This document shows, piece by piece, positions 14,439 through 28,098 of a stretch of 64,000 bases of DNA. Origin of the DNA: Haliotis rubra (lineage: Eukaryota). The stretch covers positions 1-64,000 of the forward strand of contig NW_025764959.1 of assembly GCF_003918875.1 (NCBI RefSeq), in the 5' to 3' direction. Position 1 is the stretch's first letter, and each line of letters starts with the position of its first letter. The notes beneath the pieces were generated by a model. The model worked only from the letters and a program-made list of their open reading frames with translations. It ran no database searches and was not told where the DNA came from. Position numbers and translations under genes: made by a program.

Positions 14439-15051
14439 ATGGATCCAGTTCAAGTTGCCATCAAGCTGAGAGGTCTCCTTGTTGCCCCATGACAATGCAG
14501 TGAAAGAGATCCTGACATTAGGTAAATATCAACACTTCTTATCTGCCTGTAAAATGCCAATATTTAGTACTCTGACCTTCAAAATTGAAAACCCTCATGA
14601 CTTTATTTTGATCATCTCTACCAAGACTTCTAATTACCCCGTTTTACTTTTTCAGACATGCAGGTGGTACAAGCTGATGCAAAAGATGACGGCCAACTCC
14701 TCCAACAACTGTATAATTCGAGGTGAACAGCTGATCCAGAGACGATGGGTACTGGAAGGTGTGAAGGAGATGTTTACCATCTACAGACAAATCAAGTGGC
14801 AAGAGGTGCAGGCCTGTGTAAATGCCATCACCAAAGATGTTTCTGGAGAAAGGGATACAGAGGCGGATTGGAATGCTGAAACTTCCTTCAATGACGATGA
14901 CGCTTCCTTCACCGAACCCGAGGTCGACAGCTCATACAGTGAGGACGACGAAGACCAGGAAGACCTCTACACCAACGACAGCAGCTACGATATGATGACT
15001 CTCAGTCGAGCTTTGTCTGTAGACGACTGTGCACTTCATAGACACGCTTAA
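14439..15051 (+). CDS. Array gene copy 3 (two single-base insertions, probably sequencing error)
   Basis: GCCCCAT versus GCCCAT and GTGGTAC versus GTGTAC; otherwise the same as copy 2. Confidence 0.65.
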
Positions 15052-17122
15052 GGGAAATCACAAGTTCCTGGCCACATCAGCTAGTGCTACATTAACTTTG
15101 TTATTGTTCTTGTTCAGAAATGTTGTGCAAAGAGCATCCTGTTATATTGTAACCATAATTGCTTGTTGATGGTTATGTTGATGAAATAAAATAATGAAGT
15201 CGATATTATAATCTTTGTCATTTGCTGACACGTTCACGACATCTTGAGGACAGACATTAGTATAGAAAGCTCTTTTGATACTAAGAGAGAAACGATTCAT
15301 TCAAGATGGCATCTCACAGTTTCACGCCTTTCGTCATTTTGCGCGGGTTCTGACGGTGTCATGCCCAATAATCTATTCTGTCCAATAAATGTAGCTAAAA
15401 GCCATGGATAATAACCAACTAAAATGAAACACATTTAGATATTGACGATGGGATTTCCATCTTACACAACTCCGGCTACGCCACAGCATAACATTTTCAA
15501 CCGTTGTCATTCCTTTGACCATATAAATGACCATGACATATCATAATGATTGAAGAAAACCACCCAAAATACTCTATCTCTCATACCGAATGTTTCGTAA
15601 TGTCATCCTTTCGACTGTACTCTATCCTTTTGAAATGAACATGCCCCAGTGCTTGGGCTGAACCTAGGAGGTTAAAAACTGTTAATGCATACAGCATACA
15701 ATGCAAAAGAAAACTGAATCTTTCAAATTGGCATCAGCACAAGTCAAAAGTATTTCAAGAAAAAGCACTCGGTGTACAACATTCCCCTGAAGAAACAGAA
15801 CACGAAAGATCGGAACATCCTTACACAAGACAGTGGTCATCATTGAAATGGGCTCAGTTAGCAAGCTGGTCCCATCTGTACAATGCCCTTTTTACATTAT
15901 TGTGTATTCAAAGCAACATTTACACATGATAGAGTTGTATTACGTTGTCCTGTGCAACTCTCCAACAGAATTGTCACATATGTATTCAAGATGTACTTTC
16001 TACCCAATCTAACACACATGAACTGTCTTCAAACTATATATACACATCTTTATATGGTAAGATTTCAAACAATCTGACGTTCACCAAGTATTGTTTCAGA
16101 TGGACAATATCCACATACAAAAGTCTCAGATCATTCGTGATATATATTTATGATGTAAGAAGAGGTAGAGAAATGGTGAGGTTAACAAATAAGGTGCTAC
16201 GTCAAAGAAATGCAGACAATACAGTCCATACTTTGACTTTGCCTACTTTAACAGGGATTTTCTGTTATTGTGCAAGTGGTTTTGTCGTTCTTATTTATTA
16301 CAAATAGAGGTTTCGTGAAGCATAAGACGTTTTCTGTTGCTATGTTTTTGTCAGCGGCCTTCTCCCTCTACCAACAAAAGCCAATGCATTAGAAGTAAGA
16401 CGACGAAGGGCACCATTAGATTAATCCCGACTTTATCAAGAAACGCTGATTGATATTCCCCGAGATAACGAGATTGGATTGGTTGAACTTTCCTCAGACC
16501 TCCCTTTACTACAAATTAAGCTGGTTTTGACAAGCACATGATTGGTGCTTCAAAGTGGACAATGAGATCCCATTTCGATCAAAGCCCAATGAAGTTGCAG
16601 TATAGCTTTGATCTCGCCACTGGCTTCCAAAACGCTCTCTTTGATGTATAAATCCCCACTTGTTTGTACTGAGGGCAAGTATAAAGGTTTCCCAGAGTCC
16701 GATGTACTTCACTGACATTCATTCATTCACACATTCATTCATTCATTGATCAGCGTCCTTGGAGCCGGAAAAGCGTAACAAGCCGCAGCATCAAATTCGA
16801 AATCGCACACTCACTCGACCCTGGCGTCGCCATTTCTACCCACACTGTTCACTGACTTTCTCAACCAATAGCACCGGCAAGGGCGCCTAGCCACTGGCTC
16901 TTCGGGCTCCGGCCCCCCTCAAACAGCAAGTATAACTTGCCTACTATTTATTTCATAAACTGTAAATACTTAATCTCATCAATCATTTTGTAAATACTTT
17001 ATCTTTGTCTTTCACCTTATATGTTTATTTTGTGCATTCTGTATATAGTACATGTAACACTCTACCCACACCCACTGCCCCCTCCCCAACTTTCAAACCC
17101 CTCCCCCCACCCCACCCCCAAC

Positions 17123-18788
17123 ATGTCCTCCCCACTACCTTCCACATCACTCTTCTCCACGCCAATTAAAGACTTCCCACAACTCACCTCTCCAAACAAC
17201 ATCAACCCCATACCCATAGACTTCGGCATAAATCTAGACCACCTACTCCCACCCCAACCCATGGAAACTGCCAAACCCCTACCAACACCACCACCACCCA
17301 TAAAACCCAACACCCAACCAAACAAAAAACGCCCTCACATTTCTCCCGAAGCAACCCAACAATCCAACAAAAAAACATGTGACCAAGACACCCCACCGCA
17401 GCCACAACCAACCAAATACCTACTCCTAGCATTCGCCACCAACACCAATACACCCCTAAATCACACATACTCTACAAACAAATTTGCCCTCTGCCTCAAG
17501 AAACAACACATCACTTACAAATACATAAACTTCTGTGGCAGAGGTTTCAAAGTAACATTTCCAGATGAACATTCACTCAACAACACACTCAAACACACTT
17601 TAATAGACGGAAACACAATAAAATGGGAGAAACCGAGGTGGCAGACACAAACACAGGGGGTCATTCACATCGACAACAGGGAAACACCAACAGACATTCA
17701 AGAATACATACACATTGCAAATACCATCACAAACCAACCCAAAATCACAGACTACAAAACAATAAACACAAAACAACCATCCGCAAACAACCCCAATACC
17801 CAGATAACCTTCCTCACATTTCAATCAACCACCCTACCAACCTACATCACATTTGGCGCATTAAACTACAAAGTACACCCCATCCGTAAAAAACCCAACA
17901 CAATGTAAAAACTGCTTTCAATTCAATCACACAACAGACAACTGTAAAAACTATTCACTATGCCCAAAATGCGGGTCAGACATGCATGACATCACAGAAT
18001 GCACCCACACTACATATTGCATACACTGCCAAATACAAGGACACTCTGCAAATCAAAACACCTGCCCCATAAAACAGACACAAATATTAAAAATCAACAA
18101 GCACCTCAAACAAACTGACCTGCCCAAACCTGCAACTTACACCCACAAAACAATTACTCCCTACTATCACTATCGTCCTCCTCTCCCTCAAACATCTCCT
18201 CTTCCACAAACACCTCCGCCCCTTCCTACCACGCCCCCACCCGCCCTACCAAATCCCACAAACCCCGCCAACCTCCATCCCTACCTCCCTCCCAACCACC
18301 ATCCCCTCCCCCAACATCCAAACCTCCCCAAACGCCTTAACCCACCCCGCCCCAACCCAATAAACCCAAACCCCAACCCACCACCAAGTACCCACCTCCA
18401 AATCCCCAACCCATCAAAACCACTACTCCCTCCTCCCAACCCCACCCCATCAAACCCACCCAAACAACCCCGTTCCAAAACTGCCCCCCACCCACTAAAC
18501 CCCCATCCAACCACTCCCCCACATCTTCCATCCCCCAACCCTCCTTCACCGCTTCACCAAAAACCCGGTCACTCCACCCAAAAAATCCACTACATCTGCC
18601 CCACAAACAAATCTCACACTCACTTACAAAAAATAACCCACAATTTAAACCTCATTATTGAATTCATCACTGCAGCAATACTCATGAACAACCCCACAGC
18701 CAAAAAATTACACAACATTGCACGCAGAAACAAAATATATCACAAGAGTCTAGCTAGTCTCATCATAGCAGTTAAATCCCTCTCATAA
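17123..18788 (+). CDS. LINE ORF1, gag-like nucleic-acid-binding protein (one frameshift near 17895)
   Basis: Joining frames gives CKNCFQFNHTTDNC, CPKCGSDMHDITEC and CIHCQIQGHSANQNTC (CX2CX4HX4-6C three times), with Pro-rich flanks. Start chosen at MSSPLP (alternative 17021). Confidence 0.85.
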
Positions 18789-18889
18789 AACAACCCACCA
18801 CTAAGCTACCCTAGCACTTCAACCCTCTCTTCAAAATTTCTGCCCCATCCATGGCTTATTATAATATCATATTCCAAATTACCGCAGTC

Positions 18890-21800
18890 ATGGCTCTGAT
18901 ACAATGGAATTGTAACGGCCTCCGAGCAAACGGGCATGAGCTTAAGGCACTCATCGCCCAAAACAAAATTTCGCCCCAAATAATATTCTTACAAGAAACA
19001 AAACTTTCACCAAAATTCGCCTTCAAAATCCCAGGCTACAATTATATCAGGAAGGATAGACCCCGGCCAATAAATCTCCCAGGTCCCCCAGCAGGGGGAC
19101 TGGGAATATTCATCTCAAATAAACTCAATTATTCAGAAATTGACATTCAAACTACTAACTTAGAAGTCCTGGCAATAAAAACTACAATAAATAATAAACT
19201 ATTAACTTTCATAAATACCTACAGAAGACCCTCTATCAAACTTATACCCCAAGATTTAGACAATATCGCAAAATTCTTAACGCCCAACACCTTTATCCTC
19301 GGGGACCTAAACTCTCACCACCCATTATGGGGCACAAAACCCTATACTGATAATAACGGTTTTCTCCTAACTAACTGGCTAGACGACCACAACCTCATCA
19401 CACTAAACGACAATCAACCCACCAGATACCCTCTCTCCCACACCCAATCTCCAACTGCAATAGATCTTACAATCACCACCCCCACATACTCAAAAGCTTG
19501 CCTATGGAGGTACATGCAGACACATGGGGCAGTGACCACTGCCCCATAAAATCACCATATCTTCACTTCTTACACCAGAGATCACATACAAACCCCCAAA
19601 CTACCCCCACTTCTAGCGCCGAAATCAAATACAATATACACAAAGCAGACTGGAACAAATTCACCAAACTCTGCAATCAAATCGACCCATCAAACATTAT
19701 AAACACTGACATAGAAACTTTTAATTCACAACTCACAAACACCATCATCAATATAACAAATACATGCATACCCACATTTCCGGACCACTCAAGCACAAAA
19801 ACAGTCCCATGGTGGAGCCAAGACATAATTAACGCCAGAAGGCAAGAAAAAGGCCCTTAATAAATCAAAGAGGGACCGTTCCAAATTACATTTAGCTAAA
19901 AACTCAGAAATAATACAAAACAATTAATCAAGGCAGCAAAAGGAACATTGGAGAAAATTTTGCTCAACCCTCAGGCTAAATCAACATAACTCTAGAAAAA
20001 TGTGGAAAAATTTAAAGCCATACAGGGGAAATTCCAAATCCATTATTCAACCTAACCTTCCGAACCTCCCCACAAACAAAGATAAAGCTAATGCTGTTGC
20101 TGCCCATTTCTCGGACACTAGCAGCTCCACCAATTACACAGCTAACTTCCAAAACACCATTAAAAACACCCACCCTACTCACCTGAACCACCCCACTCAC
20201 ATCTACCTATAAACAAAAACATAAACATACACGAACTTAAGGCAGCCTTAAAACATAAAAACAGCCTCAGCCCTGGTCCAGATAACATTACATACACCAT
20301 ACTAAACAAACTTCCACCAAACATCCTAAACTTAACACTCACCCTATTCAACCATATCTGGACCACAGGAAACATACCATCTTCATGGAAAACAGCCAAG
20401 GTGGTACCAATCCTAAAGCCAGGGAAACCCATAAACTCCCCAGATTCATTTCGACCCATCTCCCTTACCTCACACCTATGTAAAACTTTAGAGTCTATAG
20501 TAAACAATAGACTAAAACACCAAATTCAAACCCATAACCTAATTAAGCAGGACCAGAGTGGCTTCACTCCTAATAGGCAAACTTTGGATCACATTTTACA
20601 TTTGGAACATGATATAAAGGTAGCCCAAGCACAAAAACAATACACGCTGGCCATTTTATAGATTTCAGCAAAGCTTTCGACATGATCTGGCACAACGGCC
20701 TAATACAAAACTACAAGAAAATGCCATACACGGGCGGATTCTAAATTTCATTCAAGCATTTCTTAATAACAGACAAATAATAGTCAAATCACACAACACT
20801 GTCTCGGACCCTTTCCCACTAGAAAATGGAACCCCAGGGGGCATAATTTCCCCAACACTATTCAATTTTATGATAAATGACATTTTTCCGGACAAGTGGC
20901 CAGAAATTTCTACTGCTAAATTTGCTGATGACATTTCATTTTGGACATCATCCACCTCAGGAAAACAAGCCACAATCAAATCTCAAAGAATGCTAAACCA
21001 CATCCAAAACTGGGCCCAGAAATGGGGGGTTCCACATTAACGTTAAAAAAACCGTGGGCATCATATTCAAAAAACAAAGAATGCAAAATTATACACCCAA
21101 ACTTCATCTCAATAACCAAGAAATCAAGTTCGAAAAAGAGGCAAAATTCTTAGGTGTAACTTTCGACCAACACATGACATGGACACCCCATATTAATAAC
21201 TTGGTCAACTCATGTCAAAAAGATCTAAATCTCATGCGAGCCATCAGCGGCACAAACTGGGGAGCCGACAAACAAACACTTATTAGTATATACAAAACTC
21301 TGATACAGTCTAGACTGGACTATGCTGCTCCGGTCCTCCACTCTATCTCCCCAACCAACCTTCAAAAATTAAACTCAATTCAGTATAAAGCCCTTAAACA
21401 AGCCCTAGGCACTAGGACTGGTACCTCCCACAACACTCTTCTCTTACTCACAGGCATCCCTTCAATCAAAACACGAATAAATCAAACCGCACTCAATTAC
21501 TGGGCTGGGGCCCAACACAACCCAATCTACAAACTTATCACAACTAAATACACAAACATTAAAAAAATCTACTATCAAAAAATTTAAAAACAACCCAAAC
21601 AAAGCCCCCCTACTCACTCACCTCAACAGTCTGCTTCACTCACACCATCTAAACACCATCCAACACACACCTCCCATAACAAGCTACATTCATGACAAAC
21701 CCCCACCCCCTACAGATATCACCCTAGTAGAAACACTCCAAAATCTCCCTAAACCCACAGACACTCAAACCAAAACAAACCTCATCCAAACCCACATCAA

Positions 21801-22680
21801 CCTAAATTATCCCAACCATACCCAGATTTATACAGACGCCTCAATCGGCACAAACAAACGCATAGGCATAGGCATCCATGTAAACCAAACACCCCCCCTA
21901 ACAACAAACCTCCATTATACAAACCACACAAACATTAACACAGCAGAACTCACAGCAATCCTATCAGCACTTCACCTCATCCCCACTATGCCCCACACCA
22001 ACATCCTATTACTTACAGACTCTCTCAGCGCCATCAAACAACTTCAACACAAGCACTCAAAAGCACGAAACGACTTAATACACAACATAATTATACAAAC
22101 CAACTCACTCCAACAACTAAATAAAAACATAACACTAATGTGGATTCCAGCTCACACACACAACAAAGGAAATAACACAGCAGACATAGCAGCCAAACTA
22201 GCCACCACACAAAACTCTCCACCCATTAAATTTCATACATCCAAAACCGAAATAAAACAACTCATCAAACACCACATAATCAACCAAAACTACCAACACA
22301 ACCTTAACACAAACAAATCCACCTGGGTCAAAGCAATCATAACTAAACCTATCACCAAAACACTCACCTACTCAAGCAACAAACACATGGACACACTCAT
22401 CACAAGATTAATCACTGGCATTACAAACTTAAATCATCCATTATACAAACAAAACAGACACCCAGATGGATTATGCACACATTGCAATCAACCTGAAACC
22501 ATTGAACACATATTCACAAACTGCCACCTCCAACAAACAAACATCACACAACTACACACCAGCATTCCAACTAAATATCACAACAACATACAGCTACTTT
22601 TAAATCCTTTTAACCCGCCAAATGTACTCCATGCCATAGCCACCTTTATCCAAAACTCAAATATAATAAATAAAATTTAG
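18890..22680 (+). CDS. LINE ORF2: AP endonuclease, reverse transcriptase, RNase H, zinc finger (several frameshifts)
   Basis: APE motifs IQWNCNG, LQET, GDLNSHHPLWG, IDL, GSDH. RT motifs FRPISLTS, QSGF, DFSKAFD, FADD (20921), KFLGV. RNase H motifs IYTDAS, AEL, TDSLSA, WIPAH, GNNTAD. Zinc finger CTHCNQPETIEHIFTNC. Confidence 0.93.
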
Positions 22681-23575
22681 ATCCTCCCAAACAATCCTCA
22701 ACATACTACCTTTCAATAGCCTATATATTTAGACCAGGCACCCAAAATCTCACTTCTCTATACTCATACCCTACCACCAACATAAGCCTGCTCATTTAGA
22801 CCTGGGAAACAAATTCATTTATTTATAGTTGTCCTATTTCCGCTAAAAGGTCCGCGCCTCTCCCAGCCAATCAGCAACCACTAAAGCATAAACAAACCTA
22901 GCTCCAGCCCTCATGTACAAAGGTCACGACCTCAGCCCCAAGCCAGTTCACAACAGTTTTTACCACAGACACGGCCTTTGCCTTACCGTCCCCTCACCCC
23001 CACCCCCACCCCCGTTTCAACTCATTTTTTCTTTCTTTATTAGGCCCCTATATTAAATAACTACAGCATAACTGTATCACCACATCATATCCCCAATATG
23101 CTATACACTCATTCTACACTCACTCCCACCCCACCCCCACCCCCGTCACCCCCTCACCCAACTTTTACTACCCCGTATTTATTCCAACTCCTCTTATTAA
23201 TAACAACTGCTTTATTTTTCTGTCTCTCTTTATAATTTCGGCTTTTATTTATTTATATCATATTTTAACTACTTTTATTCTAAAACTACCTAAGTTTAAT
23301 CCCCCATAATTTACATTTTTTTGGGTATGGTGGTTTATCCCTATTACTACATCATTAATTAATTTATATATCAACCCCACCTACCCCGTCGGCGATATTG
23401 GCCACGCTAAAAGCCGACGTAAAACTTCAAATTTCGTTCGTTCGATGTACTTCACTCCATCTCAGCCTGCAGGACCGATCACACCCTCCTTCAATTATCA
23501 GAGCGTCACTGACTTCCTACAGTATTAGCTATAGGCCCGATATCAGTCCAGAATTGTGTAGATAAGCCCTAGAAA

Positions 23576-24191
23576 ATGGATCCAGTTCAAGTTGCCATCA
23601 AGCTGAGAGGTCTCCTTGTTGCCCATGACAATGCAGTGAAAGAGATCCTGACATTAGGTAAATATCAGCACTTCTTATCTGCCTGTAAAAATGCCAATGT
23701 TTAGTACTCTGACCTTCAAAATTGAAAACCTCATGACTTTATTTTGATCATCTCTACCAAGACTTCTAATTACCTACCCCGTTTTACTTTTTTCAGACAT
23801 GCAGGTGTACAAGCTGATGCAAAAGATGACGGCCAACTCCTCCAACAACTGTATAATTCGAGGTGAACAGCTGATCCAGAGACGATGGGTACTGGAAGGT
23901 GTGAAGGAGATGTTTACCATCTACAGACAAATCAAGTGGCAAGAGGTGCAGGCCTGTGTAAATGCCATCACCAAAGATGTTTCTGGAGAAAGGGATACAG
24001 AGGCGGATTGGAATGCTGAAACTTCCTTCAATGACGATGACGCTTCCTTCACCGAACCCGAGGTCGACAGCTCATACAGTGAGGACGACGAAGACGAGGA
24101 AGACCTCTACACCAACGACAGCAGCTACGATATGACGACTCTCAGTCGAGCTTTGTCTGTAGACGACTGTGCACTTCATAGACACGCTTAA
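23576..24191 (+). CDS. Array gene copy 4, intact ORF, separated from its promoter by the LINE (exons 23576-23657, 23797-24191)
   Basis: Same spliced frame as copy 2. Confidence 0.8.
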
Positions 24192-24648
24192 GGGAAATCA
24201 CAAGTTCCTGGCCACATCAGCTAGTGCTACATTAACTTTGTTATTGTTCTTGTTCAGAAATGTTGTGCAAAGAACATCCTGTTATATTGTAACCATAATT
24301 GCTTGTTGATGGTTATGTTGATGAAATAAAATAATGAAGTCGATATTATAATCTTTGTCATTTGCTGACACGCTCACGACATCTTGAGGACAGACATTAG
24401 TATAGAAAGCTCTTTTGATACTAAGAGAGAAACGATTCATTCAAGATGGCATCTCTTTGATGTATAAATCCCCACTTGTTTGTACTGAGGGCAAGTATAA
24501 AGGTTTCCCAGAGTCCGATGTACTTCACTCCATCTCAGCCTGCAGGACCGATCACACCCTCTTTCAATTATCAGAGCGTCACTGACTTCCTACAGTATTA
24601 GCTATAGGCCCGATATCAGTCCAGAATTGTGTAGATAAGCCCTAGAAA

Positions 24649-25261
24649 ATGGATCCAGTTCAAGTTGCCATCAAGCTGAGAGGTCTCCTTGTTGCCCATG
24701 ACAATGCAGTGAAAGAGATCCTGACATTAGGTAAATATCAACACTTCTTATCTGCCTGTAAAAATGCCAATGTTTAGTACTCTGACCTTTAAAATTGAAA
24801 ACCTCATGACTTTATTTTGATCATCTCTACCAAGACTTCTAATTACCCCGTTTTACTTTTTTTCAGACATGCAGGTGTACAAGCTGATGCAAAAGATGAC
24901 GGCCAACTCCTCCAACAACTGTATAATTCGAGGTGAACAGCTGATCCAGAGACGATGGGTACTGGAAGGTGTGAAGGAGATGTTTACCATCTACAGACAA
25001 ATCAAGTGGCAAGAGGTGCAGGCCTGTGTAAATGCCATCACCAAAGATGTTTCTGGAGAAAGGGATACAGAGGCGGATTGGAATGCTGAAACTTCCTTCA
25101 ATGACGATGACGCTTCCTTCACCGAACCCGAGGTCGACAGCTCATACAGTGAGGACGACGAAGACGAGGAAGACCTCTACACCAACGACAGCAGCTACGA
25201 TATGACGACTCTCAGTCGAGCTTTGTCTGTAGACGACTGTGCACTTCATAGACACGCTTAA
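24649..25261 (+). CDS. Array gene copy 5, intact, in a short unit
   Basis: Same spliced frame; upstream deletion junction at ~24452. Confidence 0.8.
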
Positions 25262-27034
25262 GGAAATCACAAGTTCCTGGCCACATCAGCTAGTGCTACA
25301 TTAACTTTGCTATTGTTCTTGTTCAGAAATGTTGTGCAAAGAACATCCTGTTATATTGTAACCATAATTGCTTGTTGATGGTTATGTTGATGAAATAAAA
25401 TAATGAAGTCGATATTATAATCTTTGTCATTTGCTGACACGTTCACGACATCTTGAGGACAGACATTAGTATAGAAAGCTCTTTTGATACTAAAGAGAAA
25501 CGATTCATTCAAGATGGCATCTCACAGTTTCACGCCTTTCGTCATTTTGCGCGGGTTCTGACGGTGTCATGCCCAATAATCTATTCTGTCCAATAAATGT
25601 AGCTAAAAGCCATGGATAATAACCAACTAAAATGAAACACATTTAGATATTGACGATGGGATTTCCATCTTACACAACTCCGGCTACGCCACAGCATAAC
25701 ATTTTCAACCGTTGTCATTCCTTTGACCATATAAATGACCATGACATATCATAATGATTGAAGAAAACCACCCAAAATACTCTATCTCTCATACCGAATG
25801 TTTTCGTAATGTCATCCTTTCGACTGTACTCTATCCTTTTGAAATGAACATGCCCCAGTGCTTGGGCTGAACCTAGGAGGTTAAAACTGTTAATGCATAC
25901 AGCATACAATGCAAAAGAAAACTGAATCTTTCAAATTGGCATCAGCACAAGTCAAAAGTATTTCAGAAAAAAGCACTCGGTGTACAACATTCCCCTGAAG
26001 AAACAGAACACGAAAGATCGGAACATCCTTACACAAGACAGTGGTCATCATTGAAATGGGCTCAGTTAGCAAGCTGGTCCCATCTGTACAATGCCCTTTA
26101 CATTATTGTGTATTCAAAGCAACATTTACACATGATAGAGTTGTATTACGTTGTCCTGTGCAACTCTCAACAGAATTGTCACATATGTATTCAAGATGTA
26201 CTTTCTACCCAATCTAACACACATGAACTGTCTTCAAACTATATATACACATCTTTATATGGTAAGGTTTCAAACAATCTGACGTTCACCAAGTATTGTT
26301 TCAGATGGACAGTATCCACATACAAAAGTCTCAGATCATTCGTAATATATATTTATGATGTAAGAAGAGGTAGAAATGGTGAGGTTAACAAATAAGGTGC
26401 TACGTCCAAAGAAATGCAGACAATACAGTCCATACTTTGACTTTGCCTACTTTAACAGGGATTTTCTGTTATTGTGCAAGTGGTTTTGTCGTTCTTATTT
26501 ATTACAAATAGAGGTTTCGTGAAGCATAAGACGTTTTCTGTTGCTATGTTTTTGTCAGCGGCCTTCTCCCCTACCAACAAAAGCCAATGCATTAGAAGTA
26601 AGACGACGAAGGGCACCGTTAGATTAATCCCGACTTTATCAAGAAACGCTGATTGATATTCCCGAGATAACGAGATTGGATTGGTTGAACTTTCCTCAGA
26701 CCTCCCTTTACTACAAATTAAGCTTGTTTTGACAAGCACATGATTGGTGCTTCAAAGTGGACAATGAGATCCCATTTCGATCAAAGCCCAATGAAGTTGC
26801 AGTATAGCTTTGATCTCGCCACTGGCTTCCAAAACGCTCTCTTTGATGTATAAATCCCCACTTGTTTGTACTGAGGGCAAGTATAAAGGTTTCCCAGAGT
26901 CCGATGTACTTCACTCCATCTCAGCCTGCAGGACCGATCACACCCTCTTTCAATTATCAGAGCGTCACTGACTTCCTACAGTATTAGCTATAGGCCCGAT
27001 ATCAGTCCAGAATTGTGTAGATAAGCCCTAGAAA

Positions 27035-27643
27035 ATGGATCCAGTTCAAGTTGCCATCAAGCTGAGAGGTCTCCTTGTTGCCCATGACAATGCAGTGAAA
27101 GAGATCCTGACATTAGGTAAATATCAACACTTCTTATCTGCCTGTAAAATGCCAATATTTAGTACTCTGACCTTCAAAATTGAAAACCTCATGACTTTAT
27201 TTTGATCATCTCTACCAAGACTTCTAATTACCCCGTTTTACTTTTTCAGACATGCAGGTGTACAAGCTGATGCAAAGATGACGGCCAACTCCTCCAACAA
27301 CTGTATAATTCGAGGTGAACAGCTGATCCAGAGACGATGGGTACTGGAAGGTGTGAAGGAGATGTTTACCATCTACAGACAAATCAAGTGGCAAGAGGTG
27401 CAGGCCTGTGTAAATGCCATCACCAAAGATGTTTCTGGAGAAAGTGATACAGAGGCGGATTGGAATGCTGAAACTTCCTTCAATGACGATGACGCTTCCT
27501 TCACCGAACCCGAGGTCGACAGCTCATACAGTGAGGACGACGAAGACCAGGAAGACCTCTACACCAACGACAGCAGCTACGATATGACGACTCTCAGTCG
27601 AGCTTTGTCTGTAGACGACTGTGCACTTCATAGACACGCTTAA
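27035..27643 (+). CDS. Array gene copy 6 (1-bp deletion in an A-run)
   Basis: GCAAAGATG versus GCAAAAGATG. Confidence 0.65.
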
Positions 27644-28098
27644 GGAAATCACAAGTTCCTGGCCACATCAGCTAGTGCTACATTAACTTTGTTATTGTTC
27701 TTGTTCAGAAATGTTGTGCAAAGAACATCCTGTTATATTGTAACCATAATTGCTTGTTGATGGTTATGTTGATGAAATAAAATAATGAAGTCGATATTAT
27801 AATCTTTGTCATTTGCTGACACGCTCACGACATCTTGAGGACAGACATTAGTATAGAAAGCTCTTTTGATACTAAGAGAGAAACGATTCATTCAAGATGG
27901 CATCTCTTTGATGTATAAATCCCCACTTGTTTGTACTGAGGGCAAGTATAAAGGTTTCCCAGAGTCCGATGTACTTCACTCCATCTCAGCCTGCAGGACC
28001 GATCACCCCTCTTTCAATTATCAGAGCGTCACTGACTTCCTACAGTATTAGCTATAGGCCCGATATCAGTCCAGAATTGTGTAGATAAGCCCTAGAAA

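Larger units (their letters stand above)
16714..23443 (+). mobile_element. Full-length non-LTR retrotransposon (LINE), I group (I/Nimb-like, RNase H-containing), ~6.73 kb
   Basis: TSD (C)GATGTACTTCACT at 16701-16713 and 23444-23456; 5' (ATTC)n; 3' (TTCG)n tail; ORF1 with three CCHC knuckles; ORF2 with APE, RT, RNase H and a C-terminal CCHC. Confidence 0.96.

Noticed and set aside
14479-15051. 190-aa ORF as a longer isoform
   Set aside because: It is created by single-base indels that open a frame through the intron in this copy only.
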